This document shows, one piece after another, positions 47,244 through 59,737 of a DNA stretch of 64,000 bases. The position numbers and the translations under genes are program-made. The notes below the pieces were generated by a model. That model searched no databases, was not told the DNA's origin, and worked only from the letters and a program-made list of their open reading frames with translations. The DNA lies in NCBI RefSeq assembly GCF_041146345.1, contig NW_027191414.1, positions 1,240,001 to 1,304,000 of the forward strand. The letters are read 5' to 3'. How positions within the stretch are numbered: position 1 is the first letter of the stretch; the number at the start of each line of letters is the position of its first letter. The DNA comes from Neodothiora populina (Eukaryota).

Positions 47244-49400
47244 CTAGAGGCCCCACTCCAGTTGGTCAAAAGTCGGCTCAAAAGCCATGCTGTTGTCGAA
47301 GAAATCGTTGCCTGAAAATGACATCAGTACCTAGTTCTCCTCAGTCTTCTAGAAGTCACCTACCCCAGTCAATGTTGCCAAAGTCGTCAAACAGATTATC
47401 GTACATCTCGGGCTGGCCAACGCCCAGATCGGCTTGTAGCGGCAAGATTGGTCCGTCGCCTTGTGGTACGGCAGTCACAAGCTGAGCACCCGCATTTGAC
47501 TGCTCAGCCATGGCTTCTCGACGCCGAGCGATAGAGTTCTGAAGAGCATTCGAAGCTTTTGAGTGTAGTGTCGACAGCCAAGGCTGATGATCTGCGTCGT
47601 TTGTGGAGTCCGAGCCCGGTCTCTCACTAGTGAGGACTTTGATGAAGCGTGATTGAATTTCATGCGCAGACTCTGCCTGAGGTAGGTCCTGATGCCCGAA
47701 AAGCTCGAGAAGCAGAGCGGAACTTATCCCGGCGTGGATCATTGACCACGACCGTAGTGGTACTGTAGACAAGGCTTGCAGATCCAGGAAAGCCTGCATC
47801 GTCCGAACGAAGCTGACTTTTGCTCTTATTGCGAGAGACATCTGGTCAGGGTGGTTTATGTTGGCTGCAGATATCTCTCGTTGCAGAAAGATTCGACAAA
47901 TAACCTGCTCGCTGTACGCAAAGTGAAGGTACAGAGCATACTGTTCGACACGCACACGACGGCTAGCCCGAGCCACGGGAATGCCCACATAGGTATCACG
48001 TCGTGCTCGCAGCCCATCGAGGAGTCCAAGGTAATGCGATGCTGTCTCAACCGTCGCTCTTACGGCATGTGGTAAAGCCAGATAAGCACGACAGATCTCG
48101 GTAAGCTCTGACATGCAACTCACGAAATCATGGTTCCCGGAGACCGCTGGTGTAGATAAGCCGGAAGTACTCGTCCCGAATGGCGATCTGTCAAAAGACA
48201 TCGAAAGCACGCAGTCTTGTGATAGAATAGCCGACCACAGGGCTCTTTTGTGTTCAGATAATCGTGATGGTTCCATCTCTGGTGAATGTGAATGAAGGCC
48301 GATACTCTGGGCAAGACGTATATTTGTGCCCAGCAGAGCCCAAGCAGCATCGGCTTGACCGTCGTTTTGTAATACATGCCCAAGTATCAGCAGAGCTTGT
48401 ATGGTATTGAAGTTTGGCCGCAGCAGGAAATTGGCCAATCTGGCACAATGGAACGATCTCCGCGCTACGTGGATGTCAATGGGGTGTATTCGAGCAAGAG
48501 ACATGTTGTGACAAACTGACCAAAATCCCTCGAAACTCGCATCCTGTCAGAATTGGAGAGGTCAGAGAATTGAGCTCCAGAAGCGAGGACTGCGAGCAGA
48601 AGACATGTCCGTGCCACGTCTGGACGTTCCTCCTCGCCAGTCGCAGGAGCAGCAGAGCTTTCGCGAGATGCAGTGAGCTCGAGATACGTGTCTATAAGCG
48701 CCTCAAGATCATTTTGATCAGATATCAGATGATGAATGGGATACACAACAGTCTGATAGTACTGCGCATAGCGCAAGACATCTGCATGCGTAGGGATCAG
48801 CCGATTCACTTGCTCAATCGCACTCTTGGCAGTGCCGTCTTTCATGAAGGGATATGACTTGAGTGTGTTCTGTAGACCAAGCGCAGGCCGTACGTCACGT
48901 TCCAGAGCAGACATGTTGGCAAATGGCGAACCGCTGACAAATGACGGAGTCGCGTTGACGCCGACGAAAGAGGGATCCTGAGGTTCGAGGGCTTCGGCAT
49001 CTTGGTCTGGCGATGCAGCATTCACCAAAGGGGATGTCGTTGCATTCCGTCCTGCATTGACATCTTGATTATCTGACTGCACGAAGCCTCCAGTGTTTGA
49101 AGCAATAGTATCCGACTTCTCGACGTGACTGCCATCCAGACTCAAAGACTGTCGATCACCATTGCGCCCAGCACTTGTACCTCCCACTCCCGAAGCCGAA
49201 TGACGATCTGCCGTTCTACGGCGAGTGGTAAGTCGTTCACTGGTATCATCAACCATACATATCTCCGGATGCCGTCGCTTGACGCAATTCGAGCACGGCA
49301 ACACGCCGTTGCACTTCACTTTTCGAGACGCGCATGGATAGCATGCTTTGCGTTTCCGGCGAGCTTCTAGGATCCGGTCCGCGTCTTCTTTGGATGGCAT
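47244..49400 (-). CDS. Zn2Cys6 transcription factor, positional equivalent of the Aspergillus niger sorbic-acid decarboxylase regulator SdrA
   Basis: ACYPCASRKVKCNGVLPCSNCVKRRHPEIC; ANFLLRP..IQALLILG..AAWALLG..IRLAQSIGLH; adjacent to PAD1. The last exon ends ...DQLEWGL*. Confidence 0.85.
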
Positions 49401-49674
49401 TTTTCGTGCTTGTGGGCTCACATGTTTTAGGTACCTGTATCATTGATAGCGAAGGTACAAGTACTGTGGGGGATGAACAAAAGTCCGGGGTGGGTGGTTT
49501 GGAGTGTATTCGGCTTGCCAAGACTTTGGGGTGGCGTTTATGAAGTCTATACCATTATTTAACCATAGCTAATTACGCTTCATGCTCTAGGACGGTTCAA
49601 GACTGACATTGAATTACGAAACATTCTTTTTTTTAACTGCTTTTGACCCAAGTATCAGCGTTGAATATCGACCC

Positions 49675-52030
49675 TCAAACCTTTCTCCTAACCAAGCCCT
49701 TGAAGAAATCAAAAGAATTGGCATCACTCTGCAGCTCAAACTTTCGCCCCGTAGCCCTGCACCCACCCGCATTATACCCATATTCATCTACGACAACTTC
49801 TTCAGCGACCAACAATCCCCAGTCCCGCGTGACGCCCAGAATCCTCGCCCTCGGATACCCTTCCTCATTCTCCAGTCGCACCACCTGCCCAGAATGCAGC
49901 CACACGTCTTCGTAGTCCGAGACCATGGCGTCGCTGAAGCCGTTGACCAGGAATCGGAGATGGAGTTTTTCGAACTGAATCAGGATGGAGGCGAGCAGGC
50001 GCTCGAGATTGAAGGGGGGAAGATCGTAGGCGGCGGCCAGGGCGTTGAGGGAGGTCGTTGGATGCGGGTTCGTGACGTTCATTCCAACGCCGCAGACCAG
50101 TGTGTAGTCGCCTGAGGAGTAAGATGAATTAATGAGGATGCCGCCGATTTTGGTGAATTTGTTTCGTTCGGCGTCGGTCGTGTTGTTTTGGTTGTTGTTG
50201 TCTTCGTTGGCAGAGGTGGCTGAGGCTGTGGCGAATGATGGATGCAGAGCGTAAATGTCGTTTGGCCATTTGAGTCTGATGGGTAAGTTCTCGTACGCCT
50301 CGTGGTTGGGATCGTATTTCTTGACTCCTGCCACGATTGCCAATGCGAGTATGTACTGTACGAACACGACAGGGGCTCTGGAGTTTAGAGACAAAGGGTG
50401 ACGGATCACGGTACTGAACATGAGAGATCCGGGAGGCGAGACCCACACGTTGTTCCCCCGCCCTCGGCCAGCCAGCTGGGTGGTTGCTGTCGCTGTGGTG
50501 CCATTCGAAAGAGTCTCGAGAAGTCTGGTGTTCTTTTCGAGAATAGTGTTGGTGCTGGTTACTGTCTCTCCATATAGAAGTGTTTTACCAAAGGTAGGCT
50601 GAGGAAGAGAGTAAAGGTCGCCAAAGTATAGGTGAGAAGAGTAATATGCGGCGTGATTGAAGTAAGGAGTCTCTTTCGGTTCGGGAATAGACGAGGTGTG
50701 GACCACAACACGCTTGGGTATTGCTTGATAGTCTACTATTCCTTCTTCGGTGGGCTTGGAAGCTGTTTCTTTTGGTGCCGATGAATGATCTCCAGCCGAC
50801 TTTGCTTTTTCTTTGTCAGTGCCGTGAGGGTAGTGTTCCGGTCGAACACTTTCTGGCAAGATATTCTGAACAGCTTCGGGAAGAGCTTCGACAACTCCGC
50901 TCATCGACCAGGATGAAGGGGCTTCTCTTTCGACAACAAAGGTGTCGTGCTCGTCTTTGACGATTTCCTTTCCATCTTCGTCCTTCTCAATGATATCAGA
51001 CCAGGAAGAGACAAGGTCAGAGATGTCCTGTGGGCGAGCAGAGGACAGATGCAGACGCGAAAGAGAGGGTATGTTGTCATCGGTCTGGTTCACTTGCAGT
51101 CCTAGTCTGGAGAGACAGGCTTTCATAAAGTCGATTCGTTTCTGGTCATCTGCCAAGAGAGCTTCGACAATGCGAGGGTAGTCTGGTCTGTCCTTTCCCT
51201 TGTCATTGAGGTTTACTGCCGAGAACCTGGTCACATGTAAGCCATGTCGATATTGTATAAAGAGTGATTGAGGGTGATGAAGGGACATACTCAGGATGAG
51301 GGCCGGTCAAGATGGCCGCGCCGTTGCCGACTTTACAATGAACGACGGCAGCCTTGCCATCGCCCGAGTCGACATGCAGTCTCTCGGTGTAGTTGGCCAG
51401 AATCTCAACACCTCTATCCTCGAACTTTTCCGCATCGACAAAGACGCCTCCACCGTTGTGGTAGACCCTCAAGACCTCGGGAACAGCACCGCCTCCACTG
51501 ATCAAAGCCTGTCGATTGACGCTGATCTCCGCAGCACGGGTGCCTTTCTCACTTTGGTAGACGAATTCGGGAAAGGCCAGTCCTCGACATGTTCCAGGAA
51601 AGAAAGCCAGTTCACGGTCTCCCACTACTTCGTACCCGTCTCCCGTCCTGCCTACCTCGAATTCGCATCTGGCACTTCCGTAGTAGCCACCCGCACACAA
51701 ACCCAGATACTTGCCGCCGTTCTTGACATAAGAAGAGATGAGCCGGTTTCCAGGACCATCGAGAGTGCGGCAGTAGCCCAGATCCGCTCCACCAGGCATG
51801 ACGAAGAGCGCACACGTGGCTTGCCAGGGTTCTTTAAGGAGCGTTTCGCCTGTCATGGGGATTACTGCATAATTGGGCCCTAAGAGGCGTCGCAGGGACC
51901 AAAGACAATGCTTTACCGACTCGATTGTTGAACCATTGCCTGTAGTGAGCTGTCAGAAGACTGATGTTGAGATTGAGAGGTGGAGAGGCATACCAGAGTA
52001 GACAAGAACATTAACACGTTTATCAGCCAT
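49675..52030 (-). CDS. BPL1: Biotin-protein ligase (holocarboxylase synthetase) with N-terminal BPL_N domain, 3 exons
   Basis: MADKRVNVLVYSG, PGGADLGY, YLGLCAGGYYG, TSTNT, QLAGRGRGNNVWVSP, KWPNDIY, KIGGILIN, DANSFDFFKGL. Confidence 0.94.
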
Positions 52031-52193
52031 TTTTTGTTATCGTTGGCCTTGAAAAGTGTATTGGTGATGAATGATGGTGATGGTGGTGGTTGTGGCGAAA
52101 CGTGTGACTCGAAGGTGATATGCACTCGCCAAGCTTCAGAAGCGATTTCTGCCTCTTTGATTCCTGTGACAAGAGAAGAAGAATAGTGCAAAG

Positions 52194-52690
52194 ATGGCAG
52201 AAACGAACGATCCGAACAACAGCAAGGGCTCGGCACAAGAGGACGACGATGAGCCCGATGAGTGGTAAGTTGGCTGATTCTGATGGTCTTTGTGATCTGA
52301 ATACTGAGACTCGACTGGTGTAGGGACAAGCGAATCTTCAGTACTGGATGTGCTCGTGAGCTTTTCCCTCCTTCTTTGGTTCTCAAACAATAGGGCCACT
52401 CGCAGCTGATGCAGAAGCAGGGGAAAACACTAACCTGAACGACTGTTTCTTTGAAAAGAAAGACTGGCGACAATGCAAAGACGAGGTGAGTGAGCGATTG
52501 GTGTGTTGTGAATCCGGCTGCGTCTGGGAAAAGGCCGAGCTCCGAAGACGACTTGATTGAATGGGCCTAACACAAGATGACTATCCAAGAGCCGATACTG
52601 ATCTTTACTTTTCCTTTACAGATGGAGGCGTTCAAGCAGTGTTGGAAACGACAAGGCAACGACCAACGGACGGATCAGCAGAACGCTTGA
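52194..52690 (+). CDS. COA4: Cytochrome c oxidase assembly factor Coa4 (twin CX9C), 4 exons; not recovered as a single ORF in the track
   Basis: Spliced: MAETND...DDEPDEW-DKRIFSTGCA-RENTNLNDCFFEKKDWRQCKDE-MEAFKQCWKRQGNDQRT. Introns 52265-52323, 52356-52420, 52486-52621. Confidence 0.88.
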
Positions 52691-53041
52691 AAAGGCGTAG
52701 TTGAGGAGTATTGGGTGGTAGCGGCGGAACACCTTGATGGGATTGCCAGACTTCTCGTCTTGTCTCTTCTGATCAAGGCTTCACCCACACATCCAGTGTA
52801 TTTTCTGTACAACAAGTCTATATAACCAAGCCGCATTCCACTCTTCAGTTCTAGTCATTCGTATGTCTAGAAAACCCCTCTAATTTCAGGTGGTGCTACA
52901 GCACGAGATAATTGATGCATAGACATAAAGGCTTGGCGTGATACAAATCCCCCACACGAACCCGCGGGCGAGACAGAAGCTTCAAGGCGATTGATTATTG
53001 AATCTGATAGCTCCAAGTAACAACAACAGCAGCAACACATA

Positions 53042-54094
53042 ATGCGTGCCTCAATAGCATTAGAACTCGCCGGCGAGCTGAGCAGCGTCCTGCGCGCGTC
53101 GCGACCGGCTCTGACCCACGCACGAGTCTCCCAGATCCCTCGCGCTGCCACACCCGCCACCAACTGTTATAGAGCTTTCTCGACCGGCGTGCAGAGACAG
53201 GACAATGGCTTCAAGACGAATGTTTCTTCAAAACCACAACCGACCAGACTCCCTCGGGCGCCATACACCACGACCGCGAAGACAGCCAACAACGCTTGCA
53301 CTCCCACCTCTGCCACCACCAACACCACGGCAAAACCAAGCACATCCTCCACCACCGACGCCTCGCCCGAAACCATCCAGACCGAGTCCCTGACCTCAGG
53401 CCTCAAAGACCCGCCCCCAATCCTGTCCGAAGACGAGAAACAAGTCGACTGGTCGCGCAGTTTCCACGGCATGTCGTCGTCGCCCTTCAGCGCCGAGCAA
53501 GCCGCCATTCTGACCGCCGAGCTGTCTTACGACGACATTGAGATCAAGCCCGACGGGATTGTGTATCTTCCTGAGATCAAGTACAGACGGATTCTGAACA
53601 AGGCGTTCGGACCTGGGGGGTGGGGACTCGCGCCACGCGGAGAGACGATCGTTACTGCGAAGCTCGTCACGAGGGAGTACGGCCTTGTTGCCGGAGGAAG
53701 GTCTGTTTTCCCTCTCTCATCCTCTCTTCATCTCTTCAAACCCAAGACGAATCACTAAGAAGAAAACAGACTCGTCTCCATCGCACGCGGCGAACAATCC
53801 TACTTCGACCCAGACGGCATCCCGACCGCAACGGAAGGCTGCAAATCCAACGCCCTGATGCGCTGCTGCAAAGACCTCGGCATCGCCTCCGAACTCTGGG
53901 ACCCGCGCTTCATCCGTAAATTCCTCAAGGAAGCCGGCAGGGAGACCATGGTCGAGCATGCTGTCACGAAGAAGAGGAGAAAGCATTGGATGCGTAAAGA
54001 TGACGAGCTCAAGTGGCCGCTTAAGGAGGTTTCGGCGCTGGGCAATGCGGGTGGGAATGCGGCGTCGTCGACGTCGAGTTATAGGAAGGTGTAG
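53042..54094 (+). CDS. MGM101: Mitochondrial genome maintenance protein Mgm101 (Rad52-like), 2 exons
   Basis: [67 protein letters not shown]; presequence-like N-terminus. Confidence 0.95.
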
Positions 54095-54665
54095 TGTCGA
54101 AACAATAAAAGTCAGACTGGTCGAAGAGATATGATAAGGTGGAGGACTCGTCTTTGTAAGATATGAGGTATGAATCTGGGAAGGAAGGAGCTCTTATATT
54201 GGGGCCGTCGTTATGGATTGGAAGGCACTCGGCGCGCACACACGAAAAAGATACCTGCATCGGCTCTATCCTTGTTTTCTTCCTTTTTTTAGCTTGTTGA
54301 TACTGTATTATTATCATCTCCCTCCTCCACACGCCCCTCTACTCACTTGTAATATAGTGTACTGCGAGGAGACATTTATGTAGATTGTCACCAAAATAGT
54401 AACCACAATAAGGAGACATATTCTGGCGCTTCCTAAGTGTCCTCGTACATGACCTGGAGACTCGATCATCCACACCCGCACAAGAGACAATGTCAATTCA
54501 TGTACGCCGCCGCCACAGCCACCTACTTAGCTACCTGCCTACCTACACACACGAGGTAGACAACGAAAGCGCCTGTCGATAACTCAGAAAATAGAGCAAA
54601 CCCCCTGCATTGAATCGTCGCGCGACACCTGAGTCTTAGACCCCCACATGGAAAGAGAAGAAAAA

Positions 54666-55826
54666 TTATTCGTCCTTCTTGGCCTCCAACACCGAGTCCT
54701 TCTCTCCATAGTTCCCCCAGACCCACTTGCTCCAGCTCGCCTGTCGCTGTGTCGGTGGCAGGTTGTTCGACGAAGGCACCCGATGCTGCGACGCCGAGTC
54801 ACCCATGGCAGCAGACGACGGGACATCTTCATAAGCCAGATCCTCAAACTCGGCTTCAGATCTGCTCTTCTGCATGTCTGATGGTGCGTTCTGGCGCATA
54901 AAAGGCGAACCGCGCATAGGTGGGGTGTTTTCGGGGGTGCGACGACCTCCACTGTTACTGCTCGATGATCCAGACACTGGCTGAGTGATATCCTCGCTCT
55001 CGAACGCCTGAAGAAGTGTGCGCAAGCGGTCTCTCTGTGCAAAAACAAACTCCATCTTCTCGGCATTGCTGAGGTGGGCAGGGATCAGATTACCACTGGC
55101 GGCCAGGTCGTGGGCTTGAGCTGAACGTGCAGACGAATCACTGGCGGCTCCTGCGCCTGTTGCTTGTTGCATGGCACTGCCGAGCAGGGAGAACAGATCA
55201 CCGGCTCCTGCTGAGGCCAGTCCGTCTCTCGCCGCAGGCATATTGAAGCGACTCAACAGACTGCTGGTGTAGCTAACGTTCCTTGAAGGAGGAGGCGTCG
55301 GACGACGAGGCTGCAGGCCTAGCACGTTGACTCTTGCCCACTCGATCGCCTGCTTCAGGTACTGCAGACCTGCTTGCTTGGCTCTCTCGTGGCTCTGTGC
55401 GATTCCCGAATCGATCTCTCTCTCGTGGTGGGCCAGGAATGGATGAATGTAAGTCTGGTACAGATAAACGCTTCCCTGCTGACCGGGCATCACCAGATAC
55501 AGATGCGTGCCGAAGCGGATCCAGCTGTAGAAAGGAAACCAGGAAATGATCGGGTGGAAAAACGACTCGGTCGCCATGAACAGCGACAGTGTCGTCCAAT
55601 ACATCAGCCATGGTGTGAGCTGGGCCGGGTCAGATGTACGAAGTGCCTTGTATGAGGCATAGACGGGGAAGCAGACCGAAGTAACGGTGCTGTGAGAAGC
55701 CAAGGCAACAATCAATCATTCACGCTCTTGCAGATTCTGACATGGAAGAATGTGCACATTGCCAACAGATCTGTGGAAGAATTTACAATCGACTTACGTG
55801 AGGAGATCTGCCACAATCCCGAACAT
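54666..55826 (-). CDS. TB2/DP1/HVA22 (REEP/Yop1-like) ER-shaping protein with long C-terminal tail, 2 exons
   Basis: MFGIVADLLT-TVTSVCFPVYASYKALRTSDPAQLTPWLMYW...PFY..IR...YIHPFL..HEREID. Confidence 0.88.
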
Positions 55827-56947
55827 GATGGACGATGATGTATAGCGGTCGAGCTGGGTGGAACGATGGTGATGCAAGGCCGGTAAAGTAAGAAAGGAAG
55901 CAGCTCGAGTGGCAGGCGAGAAGTAGCTATCAGCTCTTCCAGGCCTGAATCCGCAAAGGACGAGATGATATGTCTCTCCTTCTCGTGAATGCTCAAAAAG
56001 TCACGGCGAGATCTGGCGGGCGACAGCTACTATGCAAGACAAAGATAGGGTGGACCAACCAGGCTGCGAATCAGAGGAGACGAGGCGAGACAAGGCAGAT
56101 GCAGATGCAGATGCAGTGGAAGGCATGTGAGAAAGAGGTGGCAGCTGATGAGGCAGTCACACTTTCGCTCCTGCCTCCACTTCTGACCCGGACATAGCGG
56201 GGAAACATACATGTCACTATCGTCTTCTTATCGATACCGCTAGTCTGCTTTCGGTCAAGCTCTGGATCCAGGTTAGGCACAATAGGAAGCAGATCTGACC
56301 CTTCGAGTCATGCGTGTGTTTAGCACCTTTGCTTCCGAGCTGGTGCTACTAACTGCAGACAATAATCCCTCAGAAGAAGAATCTCCTTTTGCTATCCGAT
56401 ATATGATGCTATTTGAAGAATTCGAGCAGCAGCAATACCGATACAGAGATGTTGTTGTGTATCGATCGCAGCTCGCCATCTTCCTCCACCCTTCGGTTCC
56501 CTGATAGATTGACACCATGCATACTACTGTAAAGTACATGTACATGAGGGACGGTGAAACGCCAAGCTGTGGGCAGCTACTGCGAGCGTTTGCACTATAG
56601 TAGTATATTGTCCGTCGGAAGGTTGGAGAGGGTTGTTGCCGCCTGCAGGGTTATCTACTATAGATCCCACATTGTCGGATCTGTAGCCTGCGACATGCAA
56701 CGCTTGTTGTACATCGCATGTTATTTTATATACCTCATGCTGACAAGAGACGTACAGCTTCAAAGATATCGTCAAATGAGTATGACCATGGTCAGGCTTC
56801 CTCGAGCTCTGAGTGAGGAATGCTGCGAACCTTGAAAAGAGAACAGGTATATCGTTTGGTATCAGTATATAAGCTATATGTAGCTACTCAGTCGTCAATC
56901 TTTTACAAACACCAGAGAACGCCAGAATACAGCAAGAGAGCCTACAA

Positions 56948-58474
56948 TCAAGCAACACTGACTCTAGCACCCATAGAGCTCAGAGGCAGCTCCCCGGTGA
57001 TCAGTCCCTCGAGTCCCTTCTCCTGTACCGGCGTGCGCGGCAGGCGATCTGCCATCCTGTCCGGTACAAGCTCAGGTGTAACGCTTCTTGACAGTGCAGC
57101 ACCGGTCTCTGACTGCACCGCCAGAGCATCCGTCTGTGGTGGCGTTATCGTCTGGATCTTGGTCGGGGTTCGAGATGTTGGCGATGGAGGGAATAGTACT
57201 GAAGTGTCCTTGGGTGACTTGGGCGAGTCGAGTTGGAAGATGATGCTGTCGCGCTTCTTGAGCATCTGTGCTTCTTCGGGCAGGACCTGCGTGAATCCTT
57301 CGGTGCTTGCGACTTGCTCGATCGACTTGAAGTACTGTGATCGGACATGGTTAGTTGCGAATCTCGTCATTAGACCCGTTAAAACTCACCTTCACCGTCT
57401 TGACCTGCAACTCGAGGGTGGCATCCTCATCGACAACGATCATAGCGTGAGGGTGAAGCTGCAGACTCGACAGCGTCCACATGTGGTTGACTCCACCCTC
57501 GATGCACTTTTGCAGTGCCAACGCCTTGTGCGCACCGGTGATGACGATCAGAACCTCACGCGCATCGAGCACGGTTTGTACACCAACGGTGAGCGCCATC
57601 TTAGGCACCTTGTTGATATCATTGTCGAAGAATCTCGAGTTCGCCACAATGGTATCGTATGCCAGAGTCTTCACTCGTGTTCGAGATGCAAGACTTGAGC
57701 CGGGCTCATTGAAGGCAATGTGTCCGTCTGGGCCAATTCCACCAAGGAACAACTCGATGCCTCCTGCGCGCTTGATCTTCTCTTCATACGCGATGCATTC
57801 GGCTACGAGGTCAGGCGCGTTACCGTTGAGAATGTTGATGTTGCTTGGGTTGATGTCGACGTGCGAGAAGAAGTGCTTGTACATGAAACTGTGGTACGAC
57901 TCGGGATGTTCCCGTGGAATGCCGACATACTCGTCCTGTGGAACGCGCATAGCCGTTAGTCCTAGGGCTTTACAAAACGCGAGTTCGAGGCGTTATACGC
58001 CTGCAGCACCACGTCTGCGAAGCTTGGAGATCATGCATGCAACTGCCTGCAGCCGCGTATATCGCTGTGCGCGGCTCTGCTAAGCGCCGGTGCCACAGCG
58101 CTGCATTGCTTGCCCCTGCATGATGTGTAACACTGTTCCCATAACACACGTACCATATTGAATGTCACGACATCGCGGAACGAGATATCCCCATTCTTGT
58201 GTCGTCGTACAAGGTGCTGATAGATCTTCTCAGGACTGCTGCCAGTTGGTAGACCCAACACAAACGGCCTTGCTGGACTGGGACCAAAAGCCTTTATGCG
58301 GCCTGCATATCATCAGTACATAGTTGATCGTTGATAGGCATTGCATTCCAACAAACCAATGATGTAGTCTGCCAGAAAAGCAGATGCGGCTTCCTTGTCG
58401 TCACGGATGATAAGACGCCTTGACCTTGTCAGTCATGTATCCTGTCCGGCAAAGGAGAAGTTACGATCTTACAT
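56948..58474 (-). CDS. NAG1: Glucosamine-6-phosphate deaminase (NagB/Nag1), 5 exons, Ser/Pro-rich C-terminal extension
   Basis: [70 protein letters not shown]. Confidence 0.95.
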
Positions 58475-59737
58475 GGTGAAGTATTGATTGGAGATTTCTT
58501 GGAGATTGTCAAGTTGTTTGATTGCTTGGAAAAGAGAAAAAGTGCAGGATAGCGAGGATATCTTTTGAAGGATTCTCGAGATACACTCTATACACCCGTA
58601 CTTACCGGAAGCATTCGCGATGAATGTTGCTCGCGGATAGGAAAAAAAGCTTCATAGCATCAACGTCACAGTACATGATATTACCCCAGACATGGGGATC
58701 GTTACCTCACTGCAACCACTACCACGGTGTCACCTGTCAAGCTCCATCGGGAGGTCAAACTCTTGAGGTCCGGTGAATGCTACGTAGTAGTATAGCCTAC
58801 CTGAGCTGTTACTCGGACGCCCGACAAACATCCTTCAGCACTCATCCTACGTCGGAGTAATCTTGTTGTAAAGCCAAGATAAGGATGTAGCAGCAAAGTC
58901 AAATAGCAGTGGTGGTAGTGGTGGTGAAAGAAGATGAAGGCCATCGACTACTCGCTCGCGTCCGGCTTACAGGTAGTATGTGATAATGATAAAGAGGTAG
59001 CAGCCAGAGAGATACGCAGAGCTTCATGTTGCATCTGAACAGGCGTCTAGCGCAGGTAATGCGGCAGCTATACCTGATTGGGCTATGGCACATATTGATA
59101 AGACGCACCCTCACGTTGTTCGTGGGTCCTTGTGGCGCTGATCAGTGCCAGTGATACTGTACAAAGTTAGGCAGAGCGGAGAGAAAAGGCAAATGCCCCG
59201 ACCCTAGCGAAGCCCACCGTCCCCCCCATACACAAGACGTTGGTGCAAGATAAGACTTGTCCGGGATGTTGCTATTCACGGCCAAGGGCCGTTTGGGATG
59301 GCTCTTGGGAAACTAGGTGCTTGGGTTGTTCCACGGTTGCTCCGCACTTCACACACAGGTCGCAACACAAAGCGTATACACACATATGCACATATCTGTT
59401 ATCTGCTGACACGCCATATTACCACCCTCTTGGTCGTGTGTGCTTCGGTAGGTTATCTGAAGGGAGACGTGCCTTACTCGAGCAATTACTGCATCTATAT
59501 ATCAGCTTCGTGTCTCCTGCATATTTGTCCGGGTGTCGGTCACTTAAATTAGCATTGATCAAGTGGCATCGCCCTATTTCTCCTCAACCCCACAGACCTT
59601 GCTATTACTCTGACAAACACAAATACCCTGAGTACACGCGACCTATTTCCCTTTCTTCATTCAACTACATAACCATTATCATCGTCGAAGTCTCTGTCCA
59701 GTCCGGCGAGTCGTGATATATCTTACCACCAGTAGAT
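58475..59737. promoter_or_regulatory. Divergent NAG1/NGT1 promoter rich in HGATAA (GATA-factor) elements
   Basis: HGATAA or its reverse complement at 58877, 58981, 58987, 59096, 59248, 59399, 59453, 59676; CACAAA at 59366 and 59618. Confidence 0.5.

Noticed and set aside
56820..58083. 292-aa and 200-aa ORFs on the + strand
   Set aside because: Antisense shadows of NAG1.
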